Source of the DNA: Octopus bimaculoides
Taxonomy: Eukaryota
Direction of reading: 5' to 3'
Assembly (NCBI RefSeq): GCF_001194135.2
Contig: NC_069001.1
Location: 25,721,910-25,785,909, forward strand
DNA: 64,000 nucleotides
In this document: in pieces, positions 12,106 through 25,399 of the stretch
How positions within the stretch are numbered: position 1 is the first letter of the stretch
Layout: each line of letters opens with the position of its first letter
Position numbers and translations under genes: made by a program
Notes under the pieces: generated by a model
What the model saw: only the letters and a program-made list of their open reading frames with translations
Databases searched by the model: none
Told to the model about the DNA's origin: nothing

Positions 12106-12890
12106 TATGTATGTATGTATATGTTTGTAATATAAACGGAAGTGAATGTTAAGTACAAGTCAGATCGAAAAAGATTTTAAAGCGATGATTTCCCGTTTCT
12201 CTCAAAGCCTCTTGGTTTTGTAACTTCACATACTTATAGACAATCGGGGTTATGTGTGGGCTATTTAAAGGCTCTAATCATGTGTATGGAAATTTTAAGT
12301 TTTGTACCAACAACCGTAACTAAATAATTATTGGCACTGCACACATAAGTCGCAGAGTACTTTCAATAAAATAGAGAAAGTAAAACACTTAACGCATCGA
12401 AAACACGCAATACAAATGAGACTACTCAAATAACAATATTAGTATTAACAACAATAACGATATTAATAGTACTGATAATGATCATAAAAATATCGAGAGT
12501 GTGCCAAAGTAGATGAAAGATTAACTCCTTTAGGTGAGTGAATATAGAAATTTGGCAGAAAAATAATATTAAATGAGTCACAGTTGAATAGAAGAAAAAA
12601 TAATGCCCTGGGAGTTTAGCAGAAATAACGAGTTGTAAGATGAAAAGAGGAGCGTACATCATCATAAAACAGTTTATTGAAAATGGCTATTGTAAATACG
12701 TGTGGGATTTCTCCAAAGAAAATAAGACAGTAATAAACTGATATAATCGTAATTAAAATTAGGACAGTTAGATTAGATAATTTGTGATTGTTGATTAGTT
12801 CACATATGTTAATGTTGGGAAAAGGAACAGAGGTCATCTGATATAACAAACTTTGGTTCCCCAACTATCATTGTCTTTTATATTTTCCCT

Positions 12891-13328
12891 TTTACTTCTT
12901 TCGGTTATTACACTGCGGCCATGATGCAGCTCCACCTTGAAATGTTTTTTTTTGGTTCTTTTTACTCGGACGTGGCACTTATTTTTTCGGTTATTTTGTC
13001 GAACCACTAGCTTTTAAGTACATGTAAACCAACAGCGGTTGTAAAGACGTGTGGTGCTGGGCGGGGAGCACATATTACTCACACACATATGTATATACAT
13101 ATAAATATAGACATGTATGTATGTATATGTATATATGTGTGTGTGTGTGTATCTATATATTCATATACAAACATATACATATATACGACGGAATTCTTTC
13201 AGTTTCCGTTTAGTAAATTCACTCACAAGACTTCTCAAACCGAGTGTATAATTGAAGATACTATTTCAAAGCACCAGATAGTGGGGTTCAACCCAGGGGC
13301 ATGTGATTGGATAGCAACCTACCTAGCA
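12891..13328 (-). mobile_element. SINE-B, diverged, with internal microsatellite
   Basis: ctgcggccatg...gaaccact..., a (CA/TA) middle, then acgacggaattctttcagtttccg... Confidence 0.75.
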
Positions 13329-13914
13329 ATTGGTCATGATGCCCCTCTTCCATTAACTACATTCACTGATATCAGATCTAATCTTTACACTAAAAAAAAA
13401 AAAAAACAATTCTTCAGTCTCTCCTGTATTCTGATCCCTAAGAATGAGACTACTCTGTGCAACCGCTCTAATATTACACTCACTTTAGTACTTGTTGGCT
13501 AACGGGGGTTGGTATTAATGATGTCATCTTACATCAACATGAACCTCTCTTTTAACTGATCTGCACTACATGGTTTCTCAGTTCTGTCTCTATATCTGCC
13601 CTTCTCTCTCCTGTCACCCGTTAGATGGCTTGAGGGGATTTTGTGAGAGGAATGTCATTGCATTCGACATCAGGAAATATTTCTATCGTGTCAGGAACGC
13701 GATACTTGTACAGAGATGTCCGATCATTCTCTTATTTCTCTTCCCGTTAGCTTTGCATTAGATCACAATATTTCTATATGTGAGGGAGGGGACAAAGAGA
13801 GAGAGAGAGAGAGAGCAGAAACTTTAGCACGCTGGAGCAAAAAATTAGATGTAATTCTTCGAATTTTCGTTATGGTGTCTATGTCCTGTCCAAGACCGAT
13901 TTTCACTTTCATTC

Positions 13915-14050
13915 AAGTTTGATCTCCGCCAACCCCTACTTTACAACTCATTCATTCGGGTTCCATGTGATAAGTATTGGGGTCGATTTTATTGACTAAG
14001 CTCATCTCTCAAAGTATCGCGACCTTGTTGCTATAGTACAAAGGACAGTT
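13915..14050 (+). mobile_element. SINE-C, degraded 3' part
   Basis: tattggggtcgattttattgact...gaccttgttgctatagtacaaagga resembles the SINE-C tail in sense orientation. Confidence 0.55.
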
Positions 14051-15029
14051 TTAGTAGAGTAACCATTTGTTCAGTATAAAGCTTGGTTGAATTGAGATAT
14101 CAGTTGTTTTCATAAAATATCGAATGACCATAGACTGACTGTTATGTCATTATATCTCTATCGATATTAATATTTTATGATAACTAGAATAATGTATCCA
14201 TGAACATATAAGTTTAGTAATCGATCGACATAATTTACCTTAGTATCGAATATTCAGTACAGTTTAAATCCTTTAGTTGCTACAGTAGGAAAGTTAACAC
14301 CGTACTCGAAACACTATACGAATGTACGAGTTTGACCTTGTAGAGAATTGATGAAATTGAAATTAACAAACTTTATCTCCTTCAGTTTATCTAAAATTTA
14401 TTTTTTCAATGTGACAAAGTTGTTTATGTTTTAGTTGCATTATCGTAGCCAAAACTTTTTTTCTGGGAAATTAATTTCTATTGTATTCGTGTTTTGTTTT
14501 TAATAATCTTAGAAACATTCAGTTGATGTAATCTAACATTTTGTAAATATTTCCAATACATTCAAATGCTATTTGAAATTGTTTTAATATCTTATTCATG
14601 TAACATGCTTTTCTTTTTTAACTTCTATGTTTCTTACTTTCATTGTTTTAATATGTATTTTCTTTATGGCATCCTCCTTATTTGCGCAAATTCCATGGGA
14701 ATCTTGTTTAGCAATAAATAAATGCATAAAAGCACTGAACAAAAACATCAATTATTCAAATTTTATTTACTTATAATCTAGATTTTTGGGTGAATTATAA
14801 CTACTGTACTATGTACTTTTATGAGCGACACAAAATATTAATATACGTATATAAAATAAATGAATAATAAGATTTAGTGTATTTGCGTTCAGATGTAATC
14901 TCATTCAGTGTTAGTAAATTTAAGACAAATACGTAGGTAAAATATTCTTTCTAACGATGCATCTTCCATTTAGTTTTTATTCTCACAAAAGCGATAAAGA
15001 CAGTTTAAACTCAGCAGCTTTTAAACAAA

Positions 15030-15094
<65 letters not shown>

Positions 15095-15097
<3 letters not shown>

Positions 15098-15248
15098 CGT
15101 AGGAGTGGCTGTCCAGTGAGAAACTTGCTTCCCAACCACATTGGTTCCGGCTTCAGTCCCACTGCGTGGCAACTTGTGTAAGTGTTTTCTACTATATCCT
15201 CGAGCTGACCAATGCATTGTGAGTGGATTTGGTAGACGGAAACTGAAG
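15095..15248 (+). mobile_element. SINE-B 5' half (fused to inverted SINE-C)
   Basis: aggcgtaggagtggctg...ggcttcagtcccactgcgtggca...ggtagacggaaactgaag. Confidence 0.9.
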
Positions 15249-15360
15249 GGATGAAAGGCAAAGTCGACCTCGACGGAATTTGAGCTCAGAACGTAACGGC
15301 AGACGAAATACCACTAAGCATTTCGCCCGGCGTGCTAACGTTTCTGCCAACTCACCGTCT
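15249..15360 (-). mobile_element. SINE-C 5' half
   Basis: gatgaaaggcaaagtcgacctcgacggaatttgagctcagaacg...cccggcgtgctaacgtttctgccaactcaccgtct. Confidence 0.9.
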
Positions 15361-15624
15361 TACATACGATTTTGTTATTAGTACTGGTTAACATCATTAT
15401 ATGTTTCAGATTGTCTGTATATTTCTTCTTTGGCCTGTATTTTAGGCACCTTAATTGAGTTTATATTACACTGACTCTCTGCTGAATCGACTCTCCTCTA
15501 CGTGAACTATTTGACCAGAGAGACTAAGCCTTTGTACCTGTAACGAATAGTTCGTATTAGTCAAAAACAGCAATATATAAATTTTGTCTCGGGAAATTGA
15601 CATTCTCAGCTTCAAGTACATCCT

Positions 15625-15625
15625 A

Positions 15626-15694
<69 letters not shown>

Positions 15695-15704
15695 NNNNNN
15701 NNNN

Positions 15705-15772
<68 letters not shown>
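15625..15772. repeat. (CT)n microsatellite, gap-split
   Basis: Direct reading. The terminal ctcgtg appears on both sides of the gap. Confidence 0.95.
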
Positions 15773-15776
<4 letters not shown>

Positions 15777-16137
15777 GCCTGCGAGATACACTGAGTGTAT
15801 CAACATCTGTGTTGTGGCTTTAAGTCTGTTGATAAACTGTTTTGAATGCACGGATGGAGTGGGATGGTGGTTTTGCTATTGAGGTTTATGTTGAAGGGAT
15901 TGCCATTCGATTTCAATGTACTGTTGATTTATATTTCATGGCTGGTTACACTTGTGATTGTCCTTGGCTGACCTTCAAAAATTCACCAGTCATTCGGTTT
16001 ATTGGCTTTTGTGTACACATACATACTTTTTTTTTATATCTATATTTATACACACCCATACGTACACATACTTGACATACGTGATCACACCCACACATAT
16101 ACATGTATACGTACACACACACATACACACACGCACA

Positions 16138-16173
<36 letters not shown>

Positions 16174-16244
16174 AACAGAGAGACAGAGAATACATTTAAA
16201 ATAGTGAACAATTGGTGCGTTGTTCTACCATTCTATATTCTATT

Positions 16245-16658
16245 ATTCTCTTCATTGACTCAGTCAGTTGACTGTGGCCATGCTGCAGCACCGCCTTTTA
16301 GCCTAACAAATCGTCTCCAGGACTTATTCTTTGGAAGCCTAGTTCTTATTCTATCGGTCTCTTTTATCGAACCGCTAAGTTACGGTGACGTAAAGCCACC
16401 AACATTGGTTGTCATGAAATAGTTGGGGTACCAACACAGACATACAAACACACACACACACACACACACACATACACACACTCACACACACACACACACA
16501 CATACATATACACGGCTGGCTTCATTCAGTTTCCGTCTATTAAATCCACTCACAAGACTTTCGTTGGCCCGAGGAGATTGTAGAAGACACTAGTCCAAGC
16601 TGCCACGAACTATGTGGCTGGTAAACAAGCTACGTACCACACAGCCACTCCTGCTCCT
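16245..16658 (-). mobile_element. SINE-B, full length
   Basis: cagtcagttgactgtggccatgctgcagcaccgcc ... (CA)n ... accacacagccactcctgctcct. Confidence 0.9.
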
Positions 16659-16856
16659 ATATATATNNNNNNNNNNNNNNNNNNNNNNNNNNNNNNNNNN
16701 NNNNNNNNNNNNNNNNNNNNNNNNNNNNNNNNNNNNNNNNNNNNNNNNNNNNNNNNNNNNNNNNNNNNNNNNNNNNNNNNNNNNNNNNNNNNNNNNNNNN
16801 NNNNNNNNNNNNNNNNNNNNNNNNNNNNNNNNNNNNNNNNNNNNNNNNNNNNNNNN

Positions 16857-16900
<44 letters not shown>

Positions 16901-17003
16901 GAGAGAGAGAGAGGCTTGAAGAAGCCTTGTGTATCCTGTTGTGAAAATTTAGTAAACAAGTAGAGTGAGAAAATTCCAAGATATTGCCACCGTTCGGAAT
17001 ATA

Positions 17004-17133
17004 CAGGGTATCCACAAAGTCTGAGTACATAGGGATTAACAATATCTTAAGAAATAAGAAATTATTTCTTATATTTAATTGTTTATGTTATGATTTTATT
17101 TACTCCATGTACCCACACTTTGTGGACACCCTG
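17004..17133. mobile_element. Tc1/mariner-type MITE, 130 bp
   Basis: TA TSDs at 17002-03 and 17134-35. TIR cagggtatccacaaagtctgagtacat versus reverse-complement cagggtgtccacaaagtgtgggtacat. Confidence 0.9.
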
Positions 17134-17160
17134 TATATTGCCCCTATGCTGCATAGCATA

Positions 17161-17383
17161 GTAATCCTTTCTACTTGAGGCACAAGGCCTGAAATTTCGG
17201 GGAAGGGATTAAGTTGATTACATCGACCCCAGTGCGTAAGCAGTACTTAATGTATCGACCTGGAAATGATGAAAGGCGAAATCGAGATTTGAGCAGCGAC
17301 ATTTGAACTCAGAACACGAAGACAGACAAAATACCACTAAACATTTCACCCGGCGTGCTAACGTTTCTGCCAGCTCACCGCCT
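17161..17383 (-). mobile_element. SINE-C, full length
   Basis: aatcctttctact..ggcacaaggcctgaaattt ... cccggcgtgctaacgtttctgccagctcaccgcct. Confidence 0.9.
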
Positions 17384-18617
17384 ATCTACATTAAATAATA
17401 ATAATGCAGTGAACTCTTTCTCTCACCTCTTTTCGTCTCACGAGAATTTGAGATTACGGAGACAATATTTATATATCGCCTGAGGTAACATAACTAGAAC
17501 TCATAGTGCAGGGAAACGGTTACATAATCAAAATACTTGCAAGCCTGGAGAAGTATTCTATTGTCTATTCACACATTACAAAATTCCCAACACAGATCTG
17601 ACAATACGTATAATAGTACTACTGGATAGTACCGGGTGAAATCTGAAGGTGGATGAGCTTTATACTCTACACTCCTGTGTTCTGAATGGAATATAACATA
17701 ATTATGTATGTATATAGATATATTCCTATACTTTTATATGTGGATCCTTTCCCGTTTGGCTGCCAAGGTTTCAAAAATTAGAGTTAATCGAAAATTTCAA
17801 AATTTAGTACATTAGTGGAGTTTTCCGAGTTGAATTTTTGAGCGGCTTGCAATCGATTCTACCAGCTTACCACCTTATATGCCTAAATATTGCTATGTAT
17901 GTAGGTTTGCATTTTAGAAAAGCGATTATACGTAGAACCAACGAGTGATGTATATAATATATTAGTTACAGTTCATACATGGCTCTCTTCCAAGCGTCTC
18001 TTGAGATTTCTTTTATTTCGTTATATAGTTAATATTCAACAGAAATATAAATGTTTCCTACATACATATTTTGTCCAAGAATATGAGAGATCAGAGGAAA
18101 TTATGACGTCATGACGCTTTAGCCAGGAATAATACTTTACAAGCAAGAGAATTAAAATTGAATAAATTACTTTGTTGTATATGATTTTACAAATTAAGAC
18201 TGACAGAATTCTTTGTAAACACTCTTTTCAAGTGGTATTAACACATAATATTAAAAACTCAGTAGCACCCGGAACGTATTGAGTTTCCCTCTGACAAAGG
18301 AGTTATTTGTTTAACTATAATGTACTTTTGTCGCAAAGGGTACAGTATTTTTTTTTTTGAATGTGGTTATGAATGACTCCCTCTTGATATCGTATATATA
18401 CTTATTCAAATGGTTCCTAGTCGAAATATTTGGCAGTCGCTATGTCTTTTGTCGCCAATGTTTGCAAAACAAAACATGAAAAGCTAGGTGTAAGTACATC
18501 TTAAAATGCACGACCATCTGTGAAATAAAGGAAAATTGTTAAACGCTCTCTTATATATACAAAGGCTTAAATGACCTTGATCTTGTGTGTGTTGGATCAA
18601 AACGCACAGGCACATAA

Positions 18618-19005
18618 ATATTGGTTTTGCCACAAGTCCAGCAATTTCGGGAAGGGTACAAGTCTATTACATCGGGTCTAGTTCAACCGGTATTTTATTA
18701 ATCGATCCTGAAGCGACGAAAGGCAAAGCTGATCTCGGTGGAATTTGAATGTAAAGATAGACGAAATGCTAATAAGCATTTTGACCGGTATAGTAACTAT
18801 TCTGCCTATTCGCCACCTTACACAGGCACGGAAATATCGGTTTCAACGCCAGCAATTTTGTGAAAGGGCTAAGTCTATTACATCACCGCCGGTACTCACT
18901 TGGTAGTTATTTTATCGACTCCGAAAGGATGAAAGGCAAAGTCGACCTTGGCGGTATTCGAACTCAGAAAGTAAAGACAAACAACATGCCGCTAAGCATT
19001 TTGTC
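18618..19005 (-). mobile_element. Two tandem degraded SINE-C copies (18618-18820, 18834-19005)
   Basis: Both contain agtctattacatc...atcga..c.gaa....gaaaggcaaag..ga.ct.gg.gg.att.gaa...taagcatttt. Confidence 0.8.
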
Positions 19006-20656
19006 TTTACCATCATCATTAGTCCCAGCTCTATTGAACTCCCGTAAATGACCAACTTAAAACGCTATCTATTTATATGACCATGTATATTGTCTTAAAT
19101 TAATTCGTTTTCTTACATCAAAATACATGATCGGATAGTCATTTTATCCACACTGGAATGGTTTATGTGGGTATATATAGAAAGTAAATTGTTTAAAAGA
19201 ATTCCTCCTCCACTATTCTCTTTGTCCACTTAGAAATTTTCTGCAGTCAAGAGTAACATATCTCCATAACGATCTTCAGTCCAAAGCACCTATTGTATTC
19301 ATTAAATCGTCATTGTTTTAAGTTATAAAGTGACAGAGGATACATGCAGAAAAATCTCCATATGTCGCTAGTTAATTAGAAAGAAAAATATCATACACAT
19401 TCCCTATGGCATTCTATTCTTAATTAATTGCATTTAATTTAAACTGAATTAATTTGAATTGTGGTACTTGTCGCCCCTGCTTTTATTTTTTTGACTAGAA
19501 GCAGTCATTAAATGGTCGATAGTCGTTACTGCAGTATTCTATTTTCCTTGCTACACCAAGCTCACTGGTCAATAATTTCTTCTCTCGCCCCTCTTAAATC
19601 ATATCCACTCTTTTACTGGAGACTTTATGCAACATTTATATTTTATTCCTCCGTTTGTTTGTCATGTCTGCCTTTCTGAGAACTGTTGATATAATGTAGA
19701 CAGAAATATATTTTATTTATCAATTTTTCTTTAAAAGAAACTTTCTTTTTTTCCTCCATAGTATAGTGTAGAATATATAACCATTGCCCATAACATTTTA
19801 GAACTAAGGGACTTAGTTTTATTTCCGAAAATCAATCTTAGTGAGCAACTAGTGTAATGTAGGCAGGGCGAATGTTTTAATACTATTCTAAAGCTGTAAA
19901 TATTTTCGTGGGAAATCTATTGCCAAGTTCAGAGAAATAAAACATGCAGAATCAGAATGAAGATCAATTAATTCTTTTAATTTTTTCTTTTTTCATCTCA
20001 ATAGTAGCATACATTCAGTGAGAAAACTTATTTATCACGAATTTGACAAATATTTCTGTTAGTAATGCTGGGTCTATCGCGTAATAAATCTGCTTTGTCT
20101 GACTGAAATATCTATATGATAGCGGGTTATCGGAGCTATTATATGAGATGAATCTCAGACAGCAGCAGCAGATCTGCAAATGGTCTGAAGGCCTGTTGCT
20201 GTTGTTCATCATAATTGGTTTTCTTCCCTATGATTGATTACTAAGGTGAAAGTAAAATAACGACTTTCTTCAGAACAGACAAGCAATATAGAATTATGGA
20301 TCAGGATTTTAGAAACGTCTTTGAAGTCGGATTTTATTCACTTTCAGTTTCTGTCATCAAGAATAGTGAATCTTCTAAAGAAAACAAAGAATGAAAGAAA
20401 GAAATAGCAGTACATAACTAACGAAAAATAAATATATTCTTCTAAAAATTGCAATGCAACACATACAAAATGTAAATAAACGAATAAATATAAAACAGGG
20501 AAACGGAAGACAATTATCCTATTGAAGAAGGAGAATAAAGTGTATACGTATTTCTCCATATTTCCCTAAATCCGATATACGTTTAACTATCTTTACCTAA
20601 GCGTCACTGTTTCTCTCTCTCCTTCTCACACGCCCCTTATATATACAAACAATTTT

Positions 20657-20703
<47 letters not shown>

Positions 20704-21049
20704 TTTATTATAAATTTTGTTGAATATGATAAATCAACCGAATTGTTTTGCAATAAACAAAACCAAAAAAATAATAAAAACAATAATATTGAATATGAAA
20801 TGAGCGTTTGTATTTTATATTCAGTAATTTTCTATGAAATATGTGAAGATTTTGGAAGTTTCTTCTATAGTCTTGTGATGTATGATTGCTGTAGCATCAT
20901 TTCTGTAGTATCAGAGAAAGATGGAGTAAATTACGATGTCGGTTTACCGTCTTCTTGGAAAATCCGATATCTGAATACATAGGATATCGGACAAATAACC
21001 AAATGGTGGCCAGTTTCGTATCCTATTGTCGGAATGACCTTGTGTCTAT

Positions 21050-21265
21050 TTAATCCTTAAGCATTCAGTTTATTTTGTCATATGTGATGTTTAATATTGT
21101 TTTGAATTAATCATGCATGACCTTAGTGCTACTACATTTTTGTGATTGAGTTGATTTTAGGGTGACATTGTAGGGTATGTGTGAGAGGCTGGATCTGACT
21201 GGTTTGAACCTAAAACAGGTAGACTATTTATGCATGATATGGAAGGTTCAAAATCATAAATAACT
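21050..21265. mobile_element. Possible piggyBac-like MITE, degraded
   Basis: Starts TTAA-tccttaagcattcag. The body resembles a short Octopus MITE as I recall it (unverified). The right end is eroded. Confidence 0.35.
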
Positions 21266-22109
21266 GATTCTGTGTATTTCAACATATTAGGTCCCAGTCC
21301 GTACTTTTCCCTTCGTCTACAAATGAGAAATAATTTCATTTCCTTAATGGATTTATCTAAGGAACGAGTTTCACGGATTCTCTAATGACATCGACAGGGT
21401 TAATTCTTCCGGGTGAGTAACTCAATGCTGACGCCTCAGTAAGAAATACGTATGATTGAAAGGGGAGGGAAATGACTTCATTATGGTTATGTATGGGGCA
21501 TTGCAATGCTGGCAAAAGTATGGCTGATGAGAAGAAGAGGAGGGACAGTGTGTAGAGATGCTGCAGTAGTGGTGTTACTCACGGAGTGAGAAAACAGCCA
21601 GAATGTGAGCCAAATATCGGGATTTGCTGAGAAATTATTCCATGCCAATAAATCAGTTTTGGAGTAATATAGTCTTGGACGAGAGCAGTAATCCATCTTT
21701 CGATGACACCGAATTTTCTGAAAAGTTAATATTTATTGGCAGCTGAAAATGTACTTGGCGCTTAAGGGAAAGGCAACACTAGTTTATAAACTCTTTGCCA
21801 CGAAATATTTGCTAGAGCTTGGGCTACAAATATTCTGTTGAGTAGTTTTGAAAGGCTCAGACTATCCAAAATACCACGAACACACGACACTACTTGTATA
21901 TCAGTGAATCCTGCAAAAGTAGTTCAATGTTGTAGCTCGAATAATCTCACTTAAGATAAAATACTTGCGTCTAAAAAAAGACTGGGAATTAAGTGATAAC
22001 CTCTTAGACAATGCAGTCTTAATTGCACACTACATGGGAGAAAGAACTGGACGTATGCCCTTCAATATGTCTAGGCAGCCATTGCCGACGTGGAGTTTTA
22101 AAAGACTTA

Positions 22110-22140
<31 letters not shown>

Positions 22141-22141
<1 letters not shown>

Positions 22142-22279
22142 ATCCTTTCAACTGATGGCATAAGGCCTAACATTTTTGGGGAGGGGACTACAATAAACAA
22201 TAACATAAATAATAGTAATGTTATTGTTTATTGTAGTCCCCTCCCACAAAACTTTAGGCCTTGTGCCTTCAGTAGAAAA

Positions 22280-22283
<4 letters not shown>
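22141..22283. repeat. Hairpin of two SINE-C 3' ends in inverted orientation
   Basis: 66-nt arms (22141-22206 / 22218-22283) with an 11-nt loop. The inner 28 bp are perfect and the outer 38 bp have 9 mismatches. Confidence 0.92.
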
Positions 22284-22312
<29 letters not shown>

Positions 22313-23033
22313 AAGAGTTACTGTAAGAATTAATGTGATTCGTTATAAAACGTGATTATGTATTTTCGCGAACTTGGAGAAAATCATTGTGCAGGAAAGT
22401 TTTATAGGTTTAAAGATCCATTGCACGCTGGAGTAAAGGTTTATGCGAAATTAAAGAAACTATTTGTTTGCCATAAATATGATCTGATGAAATCAAATAC
22501 CACAATATTTCTCTTAATTCAAGACACATATATGTGTTCTTAATACTAAAATATGGATTGGACTCAGTTTTTTTTTTGTTTTCTTTTCTTTGCTTTGAGA
22601 GATGTTTAAGTGATAGACAGACGAACTAAAAAACTGGCAAGTATATGAAAAGTCTATTGTCTCTCTTGACCACAGTAGGAACTGATAGGTAAAAAAGAAT
22701 CTTTTCCACGATATTGAGCTCATAAGCTTCAAGCAAGGTATTACAAAACTCGACAAGAACTCACGTAAACAAATTCGTAAAAGAATGTATCGCTCAAAGC
22801 CCTGGTATGAATGCAAAAGATATTTCAAAAGAAAAATTCCAATAACGGGTTTATGATAAAGTAATGCGCCAATGGGTGACAGTTGGTTATATCATATAAA
22901 ACAGGGAAGGGCTATAAAATACTGAGAAGAACTATCATTCATTTTGGGTGATTTTTCATAAATTTAATACAAGTTCGTTTGTCAATAAACTGCACCAGGT
23001 GTCCGTAAAATTATTGTAGAATATTTTACACTA

Positions 23034-23085
<52 letters not shown>

Positions 23086-23153
23086 TGTGTGTGTGCGTGT
23101 GCGTGTGTGTGTGTGTGTGCGCGTTTATATACACACACACGCACATATATATA

Positions 23154-23202
<49 letters not shown>

Positions 23203-24544
23203 ATTCGTGTCTATATTAACAGTTAATTTGCCGAATAGTATCGCTGTTGTATATTTTGTACCACACTATATCTTTTTACATAAAAGTTCACGATATATTC
23301 ATGTATATTGTATACGAAGATAACATATTAATCTGATACATAGTATCTTTTACTAACTTCGGAGATGACTGCACTGCAGGGCCACCGTTCAAAGAATTGT
23401 AAATGACTATTTTCCTCACACCATCTCATTTTTGTTTGGTTTTGTATCTATAACATTTTAAATGGTGCGTGAGTTATGTTATACTGAAATGACGTCCGCA
23501 TATTATGATTCCAAAGACGAACAGCAGACAAGCTAGACACATTAAACTCTCTTCAACGGAAGCTTTTGAAATTATACGTATTGATTTATTGTCAACAGGA
23601 AAAAAATATTACCATCTTTTAAGTGTTTTACTATCATCTAGGCTCTCCTCATAGTAGTTTGAGTTAATGTTACTTTTGTTATTGTAGGTGTTTGACCTCA
23701 GGTTAGTTCTGAACGAGGACACATGCTCACATCACAACCAAATTTAAAGTAACCATCAGTCATTTCAAAAGTTTTAGTACAATGCGAAATGACGTCAAAA
23801 TGGCCTTTCCTAGCCGACAAACAGACATTGTGGAGATTACGTCATTAATACGACTTCCAGAATTTATTTAGTGCCTTTTCTTGGCAAATAAACCGTGTTC
23901 GTTTAGGCCTATGACCAAATTCATTCTATATGTATGTAGTATTGTGCTGTCCAGTATATAGCCTTTCCTTCTCGGGGTGGTCGTTTATAAATTGAAAGTC
24001 ATTTGACTATTATTTCCATGTGACTCATGATCGCGCATAGTCATTAAACTCTTGCAAATCGTTGTTTAGTTTCAGAAAACAATAGTGGATTAGACATTCC
24101 ACTGAAAACCATTCCGTCATATGCAAGATACTTTCAAATATATTACCTAATATTTTATTCCTTTTTACAGGGTGATAAGGTGTGAAGTTATTACAAAATG
24201 AAACTTGTTTTAACAATCTTATACTGGTATACCAGTATAAGAGTGTGGCAAATGAAGTCGACATCAGAAATTCAAAACCACTGTACCAGTTAATCTTATG
24301 CGGTACACTTAATTAATTTGTAATTGATAGGTAACTGAATCTTGGACTATGTAACGCATCAATATTAGCTAGTATTTCGCTATGACATTTTGAGTTCAAA
24401 TACTATCGGTCTTCATATTGCAATCCAGGAAATGTGGAAGAAACTAGTTTTCTTTGAGAAAGAGTAAACCCGAATTTTCGGTCATACACACAGATATTTT
24501 CAATCCATTATGTTCTATTAAATAATGGTTTAAAGTTTTGTCAG

Positions 24545-24740
24545 AAGGCCAACAATTTTCAGAGCCATGCTAAGTATATTTTATTGAACCTAATGTCCAA
24601 TTGGCACTTATTTTTCAGACCCCGAAAGAATGAACGGGAAAGTCGGCCTCGGTGAAATTTGAATTCAGAACTTGCAGACGAATGAAATGTTGTCAAGCAT
24701 ATCAAACAGCGTGCTAACTATGTTTTCAGCTCACCACCTT
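24545..24740 (-). mobile_element. SINE-C, degraded
   Basis: gaccccgaaagaatgaacgggaaagtcggcctcggtgaaatttgaattcagaac...gcgtgctaac...cagctcaccacctt. Confidence 0.8.
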
Positions 24741-25189
24741 AAAAAAAATAAGGTTTCCCTTTTCGGGAATCGAATCCGTAGATCTATTAAATATTAGTTA
24801 CAAACTATAATAGATTCGTTTGAATGATTTTAGAGCTAGGGATATCTGTCAATAGAATAAAGTAGTGGTTAAAATTTAGAGGTGTGCGAAAAACAGAATA
24901 ACAGAAGAGGGAAACAGGGCGCAGTGAGTAAACCCACACAGTAGGAAAGCAGGGGAGATACAAACGCAGAGTTTAAGTCAGTGAGGGAGAGAAAGTAGAA
25001 GTAAAAGAAGAAGCGGTTTTTATTTCTAGCTCTAATCAACGAAGACAGACTCACAATGGGTAGCAGGTTTGAAGTTATTCATCCCATCATGTCATTTTTA
25101 TCTCTTCCTCGAACTGATTAAGAAACTGGCTTGATGATGATAATAACAACAACAACGATGATGATGATCATTATCTCTCGCGCCGAGTG

Positions 25190-25372
25190 TTCAGTTTTTG
25201 CCGAACGACCTGCCCAAATGATTTGTTTATAGTACTATACATTAGCTGATATCCTCCATTAAAATCGACTTTGCCCGAACAGGTTCACGGTGTATCACGC
25301 GTCCGGCGTCGAAGTGATCGCAGAGTAACGTGAGATGAAGTGTTTTGCTAAAGAATACAACGCACCTACCGC
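25190..25372 (-). mobile_element. SINE-D fragment
   Basis: Reverse complement agtactataaacaaatcatttgggcaggtcgttcggcaaa matches 26900-26940, and tagcaaaacacttcatctcacg matches gagcaacacacttcacttc. Confidence 0.7.
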
Positions 25373-25399
25373 TTTAAGGAATGGTTGTTGCAAATGTTT

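Noticed and set aside
21490-22110. GC-richer stretch with a 106-aa ORF, possibly an old LINE
   Set aside because: There are multiple stops in each frame and no motif I can name with confidence.
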